From IMG/VR virus record IMGVR_UViG_3300009151_000080, positions 1 to 60,430 of that record: DNA of 60,430 nucleotides; one strand, given 5' to 3'. Below the pieces are notes generated by a model that made no database searches, was not told the DNA's origin, and was given only the letters and a program-made list of their open reading frames with translations. Position 1 is the stretch's first letter. The number at the start of each line of letters is the position of its first letter. A program made the translations under genes and the position numbers. This document shows, piece by piece, positions 28,748 through 37,107 of the stretch. This DNA is from a virus (Duplodnaviria > Caudoviricetes).

Positions 28748-29503
28748 TTATTTCTGATTGTTTATATCTTTGTCGTCATTTGAATTTCTATTCATGGCAT
28801 TAGCATTATTGCGTGATTGAATAATGTTACTATACCATTTCGTTTTCTTTGGAGTAGCAAATGAATCATTATCCTCCTTTTTATAAGCTGGGTAATAGGT
28901 TTGAACTTCAAATGAAACTGATAACTTAATCGTATTATCACTAGTCATATTCTTTTCTCTAGATATTTCAACCTGATTAGAATCTGGAAGAATCATGACT
29001 GCATCAATATTCATAAAGTTGTATTCAAAATACATAAACCTATATAACCAAAGTGTATCAATAATAGCCTGACTACATTTGAATGTATCAATCTCACTAT
29101 TCAATAGTATAACTAGATCATACTTAGCGGTCACCGGAACCGCTCTTACTTTAGTCAACATCTTTCTAATCTCAGTTTGGTTTTCAATAACCATTTTCAA
29201 CCATACATTGGGATTAGCAAACTCTTCTGCTCTTATATCATAAGACGTTAGAGTTATGTGTCCCCTTGGAATGATGTCTGTATTTAACTCAACATATCTA
29301 TTATTAGAAACAACATCATCCGAAAAGGAATCCAATAGAAATCTTTCGTCACCTGCTAATGAATAATAGAAGGGAACATTTACATTTACATCACCAGAAG
29401 TGAATCTATTTACCCAGTTTACTTGTCCTTCTAACGTATCAAGTACACAGACAGTTAAGTCTCTGAAAAATACGTCCTCCATATTAAATTTTTCACCTAT
29501 CAT
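28748..29503 (-). CDS. Tail terminator / sheath stabiliser (T4 gp15-like)
   Basis: VPFYY...ERFL, IIPRG, VPV...Y.L pattern and typical size. Confidence 0.6.
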   Translation of the reverse strand: MIGEKFNMEDVFFRDLTVCVLDTLEGQVNWVNRFTSGDVNVNVPFYYSLAGDERFLLDSFSDDVVSNNRYVELNTDIIPRGHITLTSYDIRAEEFANPNVWLKMVIENQTEIRKMLTKVRAVPVTAKYDLVILLNSEIDTFKCSQAIIDTLWLYRFMYFEYNFMNIDAVMILPDSNQVEISREKNMTSDNTIKLSVSFEVQTYYPAYKKEDNDSFATPKKTKWYSNIIQSRNNANAMNRNSNDDKDINNQK

Positions 29504-29520
29504 AGAAACTATATATAAAT

Positions 29521-29612
29521 TTTACAATCTCCTAAAATAATATATACCATAATGAAGTATCTGAAATTTACAATCTCCTAAAATAATATATACCATAATG
29601 AAGTATCTGAAA
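29521..29612 (+). repeat. Exact 46-bp tandem duplication containing AATATATAC and ATGAAGTATCTGAAA
   Basis: 29521-29566 is identical to 29567-29612. Confidence 0.9.
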
Positions 29613-30311
29613 TATTTTGAATCACAATCCGAACCTAATCTGAAAGAGAAAATAGATTCCATTGTTAGTATGTATCAATATCTATGGAATCTTGGAATAG
29701 GTGACTCTTTAGGTAACTTTACCGGAGAATGTTCTACTATCTTCACTGGATTTATAGATCATAATAGTGGATGGAGAAAAGGTGGAAAACCACCCTATTC
29801 TTTTAAAGTTGATGAGTTTATCGATGCGGTTAATAACGATAAGGTATATGGGATGGATCGGAAAATGGAAACAATAAACAAGTTGTATAGATTAAGTTTA
29901 TCTACTAGATATACCGATACTGAGGAAGATATTGAGAAAATGATTAGACCTATACTCGATATGAGAAATTTTGGAGAACAGATTATTAAGTCACATAAAA
30001 TAAGTAGGTATTATAATGGATGGTCTATGAAACCATGTTATAATGTTGAGATTAAATTAAACAATGAACTTTTTATTCATTCTGATGATCAAATTTATGA
30101 TTGGGGTCAAGTGTTATCATTTTCAACTAATAGAGAGGAGTATGATGACGCTAAAAGTAAACTTCGTGAGGTTGAAAAAGAACTATATCAAATAGTTAGA
30201 AGTATTAAATATAAAGCAAACACACTTAATATAAAATATGATGTGGAAGTAAATACTCGATCTTCGTTTAATGATTTTAATTCGATTTATTTATTAATGA
30301 TACCAAAGTAA
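29598..30311 (+). CDS. Hypothetical protein with MKYLKYFE leader
   Basis: 237 aa ORF. Confidence 0.7.
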   Translation: MKYLKYFESQSEPNLKEKIDSIVSMYQYLWNLGIGDSLGNFTGECSTIFTGFIDHNSGWRKGGKPPYSFKVDEFIDAVNNDKVYGMDRKMETINKLYRLSLSTRYTDTEEDIEKMIRPILDMRNFGEQIIKSHKISRYYNGWSMKPCYNVEIKLNNELFIHSDDQIYDWGQVLSFSTNREEYDDAKSKLREVEKELYQIVRSIKYKANTLNIKYDVEVNTRSSFNDFNSIYLLMIPK

Positions 30312-30356
30312 ACTTTTAAAATATAAAACTTATAAAAATTCCTATTTATAAGTTAT

Positions 30357-31337
30357 ATGAAAAATTTATTACTCTCCGAAAGATGGCGTCCTAGAACTAT
30401 AGAAGACGTTGTATTACTCCCTAGAATACGGAGAATATTTGAAAACGGACTTAACCAAAATGTTATTCTATTTGGTAATTTTGGTACAGGTAAAACCACT
30501 TTAGCCAGAATACTTATCGGTAAGTACTCCAAGGATAAACCTTATCTTGAACTTAACTCTTCATTTTATACCTCAATTGATACTCTTAGATCTAAAATAG
30601 ATGATTTCTGCTCTAGGGTTTATATGGGATTTGATTTAGAAAAAGATATAACAAGAGATTCAACAAAATATGTTTTCTTAGATGAGTTTGAAAGAACATC
30701 TACACAATACCAAGACGCTCTTAAAGCTTATATAGAAGAGTTCTCTGCTAAAAATGTTAGGTTTATTTTTACTACAAACCATATAACAAAGGTATCTCCG
30801 GGTATATTATCAAGACTTATACAAGTAAACTTTGACTGTCAAACCCCAGAAGAAGAAAGATACTTGAAAACTGAGATATACAAAAGAATAACTAATGTTA
30901 TTTGTAAGAAGGAGGAGTTTGAGATACCTAAAGAGGAGTTGATTAAGATAATCAATAAAAAGTTTCCAGACTTTAGGTCAATAATGATTGAGTTAGATCA
31001 TTACAAGCAGACCGGTAGTTCCAATATAACTAACACTACTTTAAATCTTAAACTCAGAAATGATTTATATAATCTTGTTTTTGATAAATCAAAGACCTAT
31101 GACGATACTTACCACTTTCTGATGAATAATTTCGGTGATGATAAAATAGATGAGATGATTGGACTATTCAGCAGACCATTTATAGAATGGGTCATATCGG
31201 ATAATAAATCTTATATCGATAAGTTATTCAAGGTAAACTATATTATAACAGAACACACAAAGTTACTGGAAACAAGTACAGATCCAATCGTATTAGGAAT
31301 GACTGTAGTTGGAAAGATAAAAGATTTGTTCTCTTAG
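30357..31337 (+). CDS. Clamp loader AAA+ subunit (T4 gp44 / RFC small-subunit-like)
   Basis: ERWRP, GNFGTGKTT, LDEFE, FIFTTN, ILSR, FPDFR. Confidence 0.88.
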   Translation: MKNLLLSERWRPRTIEDVVLLPRIRRIFENGLNQNVILFGNFGTGKTTLARILIGKYSKDKPYLELNSSFYTSIDTLRSKIDDFCSRVYMGFDLEKDITRDSTKYVFLDEFERTSTQYQDALKAYIEEFSAKNVRFIFTTNHITKVSPGILSRLIQVNFDCQTPEEERYLKTEIYKRITNVICKKEEFEIPKEELIKIINKKFPDFRSIMIELDHYKQTGSSNITNTTLNLKLRNDLYNLVFDKSKTYDDTYHFLMNNFGDDKIDEMIGLFSRPFIEWVISDNKSYIDKLFKVNYIITEHTKLLETSTDPIVLGMTVVGKIKDLFS

Positions 31338-31969
31338 TCGTCTATTTCATTTCCTATTACTTTAGCAATAACTATCTCAATACTAATAGTATTATCTTTA
31401 CGAATAATCTCTGTTCCTTCAAGAGATCTTCTTTGATTATTCTTAATATCAATTTTGGTTATTTGCCACTCCTTAGGTAATCTACCAGCTACGGTCATAA
31501 AGTATCTATTTATATATTTACCAGCCTCTACATGAGGAACATCCTTAACCCATATATTAAAGATAGGCTCATCACGTCTTGTAGATGATTTAGTTATTTT
31601 ATATTTATAATCATGATCCTCAAATAACTCATCTATAATATCTATAGTTAGATTATGTCTCATTCTTCTCCACATAGTATAATAGAGATCAAGAAAATCA
31701 TCTACCTTTCTACTATACCAAGAATCGTCCCTGTTATCTATTAGAATCTTAATAGAATCTACAATTTCTTGATATGACATACCATCATTCGCCACACTTT
31801 CTATATCAAGATCGTCATTTACTTTACAAAAGATTGTTTGTATATCAGTCATAACATCATCTACATCTTCATGTTCTTTACCATAATCAAGGATGAGTTT
31901 AGCTATTTGTTCCGGTGTTTCGGATTCATACCATTCTTTAGATTCTTTAAAAAGTTTAATATGTTTCAT
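31334..31969 (-). CDS. Hypothetical protein with MKHIKLFKE leader
   Basis: 211 aa ORF. Confidence 0.7.
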   Translation of the reverse strand: MKHIKLFKESKEWYESETPEQIAKLILDYGKEHEDVDDVMTDIQTIFCKVNDDLDIESVANDGMSYQEIVDSIKILIDNRDDSWYSRKVDDFLDLYYTMWRRMRHNLTIDIIDELFEDHDYKYKITKSSTRRDEPIFNIWVKDVPHVEAGKYINRYFMTVAGRLPKEWQITKIDIKNNQRRSLEGTEIIRKDNTISIEIVIAKVIGNEIDD

Positions 31970-32002
31970 AATGAGTATATATTAATTTTAATATATAACT
32001 TT

Positions 32003-32395
32003 ATGGCAGCAATAGATTTTACAGATTTTTATATTATCGGACCAGAAGACCCGTATTACGTGGCTAATGAGGTTGTTTCTTCTGAGATAATAGAAGTTAT
32101 TATACAGAAATATAAAATGGTTCTTTTCACTAATAAAGGGGAAGTAATGGGGGATTCAAACTTCGGAGCAAATCTACTAGAGCTATTATATGAGACTAAA
32201 GTATCTGAATCATATGTAAGGACTATAATAGAACAACAAATACAAGCTTATATACCAGAACTATTAAATGCTAATTATACTCTACAAATAATATTTACTC
32301 AGGATCCAAATAACTATCAAGATATGATGTTTATTTTATTATCTGTTGCTGACTACAATATATACGCTCAGTTTGGTAATATTTCAACTTACTAA
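32003..32395 (+). CDS. Baseplate wedge protein (T4 gp25-like)
   Basis: LFTNKGEV.GD.NFGANL.ELLYE...I..YIP; start moved to ATG 32003. Confidence 0.75.
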   Translation: MAAIDFTDFYIIGPEDPYYVANEVVSSEIIEVIIQKYKMVLFTNKGEVMGDSNFGANLLELLYETKVSESYVRTIIEQQIQAYIPELLNANYTLQIIFTQDPNNYQDMMFILLSVADYNIYAQFGNISTY

Positions 32396-32589
32396 TATAT
32401 TCTAGATATTAATTCTTTAACATCTAAAGTACTCTCTCTATAAAAGAATTCCTTTAATCTTCTTTCTGGAAATTTAGAATTTCTCCAAAATGAAGCAACT
32501 GATTTGTTAACTTCAAAAAAATCTTCAAGCTTCATTGAATATTTTTTCATTATATAAAATTCTATAAAATATACATCTATCACCAACAT
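32392..32589 (-). CDS. Small hypothetical protein (possible HTH)
   Basis: ORF; FEVNKSVASFWR resembles a recognition helix; start uncertain. Confidence 0.45.
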   Translation of the reverse strand: MLVIDVYFIEFYIMKKYSMKLEDFFEVNKSVASFWRNSKFPERRLKEFFYRESTLDVKELISRIY

Positions 32590-32663
32590 TATATTATATT
32601 TATACAAATAGTTTAAAAGAGGAAACGAACTTTTTTATATATAAATAAAAAAAGTTTTATTAT

Positions 32664-33590
32664 ATGATTATATCAAATACAGTAATGGTAAAAGTAAATA
32701 CAAAAAATATCAAATCACTAAAAGAACACGGATATAACAACTTAAAAATTAAAAATGAAATAGAAATAAAAGTTGAGCACCTATCAAAAGGATCACACTA
32801 CCTAATAGATGTTTGTTGCGATGTTTGCCAAAAACAAAGAAGTATAATGTATAAAGAATATCTATATAATTTAAAGAGTGGTGGGTATTATTCTTGTCAA
32901 GGAATTTGTAGCACTGGAAAAAATAAAAAAACTTGTTTAGAGAAATATGGTGTAGATAATCCAACAAAATCAGTAGAAATTTTAGAAAAAAGACATCTCA
33001 ATAATATATTAAAATATGGTTATGAATATAATACACTATTCAACGAAAAATTAAAACTATCAATAATGGATAAATATGGTGTAGATAATCTATCTAAATC
33101 AGAAGAAGTTAGAGAAAAAAGAAAGAAAACAATGATAGAAAGATATAACGTTGAGTATTATGTTTTATCAAAAGAATTTAAAAATAAGAGCGAAAAGAGT
33201 TGTATAAAAAACTATGGTAAATCACACCCAATGAAAATAAAAGAGGAAGTTAAAAAAAGATTGAATAAAATGGGATTAGACTTTGAAACTAACGATTTCA
33301 TAATTTATAGAAGATTGGTAGATAAATTCACAAAATATAATAGAAATAAATTATTAGAAAATTGGAACGGAAATGATGCATATGATGGGGAATACATTAA
33401 AGAAAACTTCAATTTAAAGGGACAACATGGGGATTATCCAACTATTGACCACATCAAATCTGTTAAAGAATGTTTTAATGAAGGATTACTACCAATATAT
33501 GTAGCAGATATTAATAATCTATGTATAACGAAAAGAAGAATAAATTCAAAAAAAGGATTTAAAAATAACATTGAGTCGCTGAGTAAGTAA
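32664..33590 (+). CDS. Putative HNH homing endonuclease with Zn ribbon and KYGVDN repeats
   Basis: CCDVC, EKYGVDNP repeats, C-terminal TIDHIKS...NL...RINSKK. Confidence 0.65.
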   Translation: MIISNTVMVKVNTKNIKSLKEHGYNNLKIKNEIEIKVEHLSKGSHYLIDVCCDVCQKQRSIMYKEYLYNLKSGGYYSCQGICSTGKNKKTCLEKYGVDNPTKSVEILEKRHLNNILKYGYEYNTLFNEKLKLSIMDKYGVDNLSKSEEVREKRKKTMIERYNVEYYVLSKEFKNKSEKSCIKNYGKSHPMKIKEEVKKRLNKMGLDFETNDFIIYRRLVDKFTKYNRNKLLENWNGNDAYDGEYIKENFNLKGQHGDYPTIDHIKSVKECFNEGLLPIYVADINNLCITKRRINSKKGFKNNIESLSK

Positions 33591-34173
33591 GAATAAAATT
33601 AGTTTTAATTACCACACCTAAAGCTTCCGCAACAACAACAACATCTTTAAGACATTCTTCTCTTGCCCCGCCCACAACCGTAACTTCTAACCCTTTCCAA
33701 CTATTCAAAAGATTTAAAAGTTTTTTAGGACACTCAAACCATTGATGGTTGTTTCCTATAAAAACTATAATAGTACCAACTTTTGTCGGAAAATACTGGC
33801 CCTTTTTTAGTTGTTTTTTATTCTCTAGATCTTTTATCTGATTGTAAACATTCTTATCAAGATTCTTTCTATAGAAATCAGCATTAACAGCATAGTTATA
33901 TCTCTTTTCAATAAGATCTTTTTGGTTTGGGAAATTATATAAATCGTTACTTATAGGTATTTTAGGGTTACTATGATATAAATAATCAGTATCAACATCT
34001 TTTCCTTCCACATGATTGTCCCACAGTTGATAAACATTTGTAAACTGATTACAAAATTTAATCAACTCGTTTAAATACATTGGTGTATAGAATTTTTTAA
34101 ATGACTTCTGTACGTCAACGATTAGAAGATTAGATACTTCATTAAGTTCTTCAAATAACTTTAAGTGTTTCAT
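33559..34173 (-). CDS. Isochorismatase-like cysteine hydrolase with MKHLKLFEE leader
   Basis: LLIVDVQ..F, IEKRY and VVGGAREECL (catalytic D-K-C pattern). Confidence 0.6.
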   Translation of the reverse strand: MKHLKLFEELNEVSNLLIVDVQKSFKKFYTPMYLNELIKFCNQFTNVYQLWDNHVEGKDVDTDYLYHSNPKIPISNDLYNFPNQKDLIEKRYNYAVNADFYRKNLDKNVYNQIKDLENKKQLKKGQYFPTKVGTIIVFIGNNHQWFECPKKLLNLLNSWKGLEVTVVGGAREECLKDVVVVAEALGVVIKTNFILTYSATQCYF

Positions 34174-34198
34174 TATAGTATATATTAAATAATTGCAT

Positions 34199-34232
34199 AA
34201 AAAAACATCAATCTTAAAGATTGATGTTTTTT
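34199..34232. terminator. Intrinsic terminator
   Basis: aaaacatcaatct/agattgatgtttt. Confidence 0.75.
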
Positions 34233-34247
34233 TATTTTAATATCTTA

Positions 34248-34868
34248 TTAAGAAGGTAATTCTTCTTCATTTTCTTCCTCTTCCTCTTCTTCTGGATTTA
34301 CTTCTTCATATCCCTGACCTTGTGCCTGAGCTTGTCCCTGAGGAGCTGCTTGACCTTGAGCTTGTCCCTGTCCTTGTGGTTGAGTCTCAGCTTGAACTTG
34401 TGGTTGAGCTTGTCCCTGAGGAGCCATTTGACCCTGAGCTTGTGGAGCTGGTTGAGCTTGTCCTTGAGGAGCCATTTGACCTTCTGGAGCCATTTGACCT
34501 TCTGGAGCCATTTGTGTTTGTGCTTGTCCTTGAGGAGCCATTTGAGCTGGAGCTTGTTGAGCACCTGATTGACCCTGTCCTTGAGCACCACCAACAAGAG
34601 CGTTAGCCGGCATCTTATCAGCGTCTAATCCGTTCTGAACCACCCATTTAATGATTTCTTCAGCTAAGTCCATATCACCAAAGAACTGTCTCAAATTCTT
34701 ACCAACGTTGTCCTTAACTTTTTTAACGTAAGCGTTTAGTAAAGATTGTGGAACATCTGCCATAATTCTTACTTTGTAGATATCATTAACTTGAAGTACA
34801 GACTCTTTAATAATGTCGTCTCTTCTTCTTTTAACTCTATAGCTTTCAAACATTCTGATGTGTTTCAT
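34248..34868 (-). CDS. Hypothetical protein with MKHIRMFE leader and Q/A/P/G repeat tail
   Basis: QMAP[QE]GQ repeats and acidic end. Confidence 0.7.
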   Translation of the reverse strand: MKHIRMFESYRVKRRRDDIIKESVLQVNDIYKVRIMADVPQSLLNAYVKKVKDNVGKNLRQFFGDMDLAEEIIKWVVQNGLDADKMPANALVGGAQGQGQSGAQQAPAQMAPQGQAQTQMAPEGQMAPEGQMAPQGQAQPAPQAQGQMAPQGQAQPQVQAETQPQGQGQAQGQAAPQGQAQAQGQGYEEVNPEEEEEEENEEELPS

Positions 34869-34935
34869 CTTGAAATTGTATTTTTTTATTGTTTTATAAG
34901 AGTATATATTATAAATAAAAACTCATTTTTTATCA

Positions 34936-35499
34936 TTAATGATGAACCAACACATGAAGTATGAAGAGACCAAACCCAAGTATTGTACCGGTTATACCAC
35001 CATACTTCCACTTATTCAATTTTGATATCATATTCTCATCATTTTTAATGATTTCATCCTTTAATTTTAACTGAGCTTCCGCTTTTTTAAGATCGGCTTG
35101 ATAATTAAGTATTTGTTGATTAAGGTTATCTATCATTTTCTTTTGACCATCCCTTACCTCTTCAAGCTTTTTAGCTTTTATTTCCAACATAGCAACTTTT
35201 CTCTCATACTTATTAACAACTATAATATAGTGTTTGATAGTAGAGTCACAACTTATCTTCATGTCTTCTAATAACTCTAGAAGTTCTTCATCATTATCTA
35301 ATTTTTGAGCCTGTTCAATTGTTAGTATTATACCCACAGTATCTCCATTGACAACATAATAACTTGGAAGGGAGTTTATTATACTGTCTTTTATAGAAAC
35401 TATCTCATGTTTAGTAGTATCTTTAACTAAAGTGTCTGTTTGTGAATAAGCACCAAAACTTAAAAGTGTAGCGAGTATTAATGTAAATATTTTTTTCAT
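34936..35499 (-). CDS. Signal peptide + coiled coil + C-terminal TM protein (possible lysis/spanin-like)
   Basis: MKKIFTLILATLLSFGAYS|Q; heptad region; hydrophobic C-terminus. Confidence 0.55.
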   Translation of the reverse strand: MKKIFTLILATLLSFGAYSQTDTLVKDTTKHEIVSIKDSIINSLPSYYVVNGDTVGIILTIEQAQKLDNDEELLELLEDMKISCDSTIKHYIIVVNKYERKVAMLEIKAKKLEEVRDGQKKMIDNLNQQILNYQADLKKAEAQLKLKDEIIKNDENMISKLNKWKYGGITGTILGFGLFILHVLVHH

Positions 35500-35500
35500 A

Positions 35501-35914
35501 TTATTTCTTTGTTTTTTCTTTCAGAGAATTTAATAACTGATCCCCAGTTCTCTTGATAGGTTCTTCTTTTAATTTATGTATTTTATATTCAATAGAATCA
35601 AATTGTGACTTATAGTGATTAACCTTTACCACAGCATCATGTAACTCGTGATTAACCTTTACTAGTTTATGATTTATTTGACTTAACTCATGTTCTTTTT
35701 TATCAACATTTAGTTTAAGTGTATCATACTTACCTTCAAGTTTTAGTCTGTCTTCTTTAAGACTATCTCTCTGAACTTGTATAGCTGTTACAGAATCTTT
35801 TAACATTCTATTCTTTTCTCGTAATTCTTTCATACTTTTACCACCAAAAAAGGTCATAAGTAGAAAACCAACTAATAAAGACCCGATAATAATCAAGTTT
35901 GTCTTGTTTTTCAT
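35501..35914 (-). CDS. N-terminal TM + coiled-coil protein (i-spanin-like architecture)
   Basis: One TM followed by a long coiled coil, directly upstream of the previous gene. Confidence 0.5.
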   Translation of the reverse strand: MKNKTNLIIIGSLLVGFLLMTFFGGKSMKELREKNRMLKDSVTAIQVQRDSLKEDRLKLEGKYDTLKLNVDKKEHELSQINHKLVKVNHELHDAVVKVNHYKSQFDSIEYKIHKLKEEPIKRTGDQLLNSLKEKTKK

Positions 35915-36003
35915 TTATTTTACATATATTTTTTTATAAGAAAAACTTTCCTTATATTTGCTATATATATTTTCTACATAACTCCCAAAATAAATATTTA
36001 AAA

Positions 36004-36510
36004 ATGATTACAAAACTTGTATGTTTCGATTTTGACGGAACCCTTATCCATACACCAACACCCGAAACTGGTCGTCCAGAGTGGGAGAAGAAAACAGGAT
36101 TATCTTGGCAGGGTAGAGGTTGGTGGGGAAACCCAGAATCTCTTAACCTAAAGATTTTCTACCCTCCAGTAAACCAGTGGGTTTATAGTAAGTATCTACA
36201 GGCTAAGTCTGATCCAGAAGCTTATGTTTTTTTGGCAACTGGTCGTTTATCTAAACTTGCTCATCATGTACAAAGGGTACTTGACTTACACGAGATTGAG
36301 ATGGATGATGTTTTCTGCAACACCGGTGGAGATACCTTGAAATTCAAGTGTTATCTTTTTGAGCAGATAATCAAGAAGCATCCAAAAGCTACAGAATTCA
36401 CTATGTATGATGACCGACAGGAACATATGGATGAGTTCGTTAGTTGGGCTAAAAGACAACCAATAAAAGTCAACATCATCGATGTTGTGAACAAAAAGCA
36501 AATTTTTTAA
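36004..36510 (+). CDS. HAD phosphatase, Swiss-Army-Knife RNA-repair-like (HAD_SAK_1)
   Basis: FDFDGTL..TP, GWW, LATGR, YDDR..H; TATATTTG box at 35953-35960. Confidence 0.7.
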   Translation: MITKLVCFDFDGTLIHTPTPETGRPEWEKKTGLSWQGRGWWGNPESLNLKIFYPPVNQWVYSKYLQAKSDPEAYVFLATGRLSKLAHHVQRVLDLHEIEMDDVFCNTGGDTLKFKCYLFEQIIKKHPKATEFTMYDDRQEHMDEFVSWAKRQPIKVNIIDVVNKKQIF

Positions 36511-36540
36511 TAAATATATACAACAAAATAATAAAAGAAT

Positions 36541-36822
36541 ATGTCAACAATTACAAGAGAACAGGTAAGTACAGACTTGGAAGAAATACTCAGTTTACCT
36601 TACATTCTTATTCTACACAATGATGACCATAATACTTTTGACCACGTAATTGAAAGCCTTATAAAGTATTGTGGACATGAACTAGAACAAGCAACTCAAT
36701 GTGCTCACATCGTACACTTCACTGGTAAGTGCGATGTTAAGCGCGGTGATAAAGAAGTTGTAATGAAAAGCTACAACAAACTCAAAGGAGTTGGACTTTC
36801 CGTAACTATTGAAGAGGCTTAA
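36541..36822 (+). CDS. clpS: ATP-dependent Clp protease adaptor ClpS
   Basis: LILHNDDHNTFDHVI..L...C.H..EQA.QCA.IVH..GKC.VK.G. Confidence 0.85.
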   Translation: MSTITREQVSTDLEEILSLPYILILHNDDHNTFDHVIESLIKYCGHELEQATQCAHIVHFTGKCDVKRGDKEVVMKSYNKLKGVGLSVTIEEA

Positions 36823-36825
36823 AAT

Positions 36826-37107
36826 ATGTCTAAGGGTAGGAAATTTAAATTCTGTCAGGATGTTCCATTTATATCAGATGAGTATGGTAAACCAGTTGAT
36901 ATAGGATCTCTTGACAGAATTTTTACTGTTTTAGATGTTAAGTATCCACATATTATTATGAAACTTAGTAGGTCGGATAAACCTAAACCAGAAAGAACAC
37001 ATTTTTATATAAAAAGTCTTGAAATACCAGATACATGGATATCAACTATTTATATAGACTTCTTAGACGATTTAAGAGATAAAAAGATAGAAGAACTTCT
37101 ATCATAG
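36826..37107 (+). CDS. Hypothetical protein ending LRDKKIEELLS
   Basis: 93 aa ORF. Confidence 0.6.
   Translation: MSKGRKFKFCQDVPFISDEYGKPVDIGSLDRIFTVLDVKYPHIIMKLSRSDKPKPERTHFYIKSLEIPDTWISTIYIDFLDDLRDKKIEELLS

Noticed and set aside
34298-34606. Track ORFs 34298..34597, 34320..34568 and 34322..34606
   Set aside because: Shadow frames of the Q/A/P repeat region of 34248..34868
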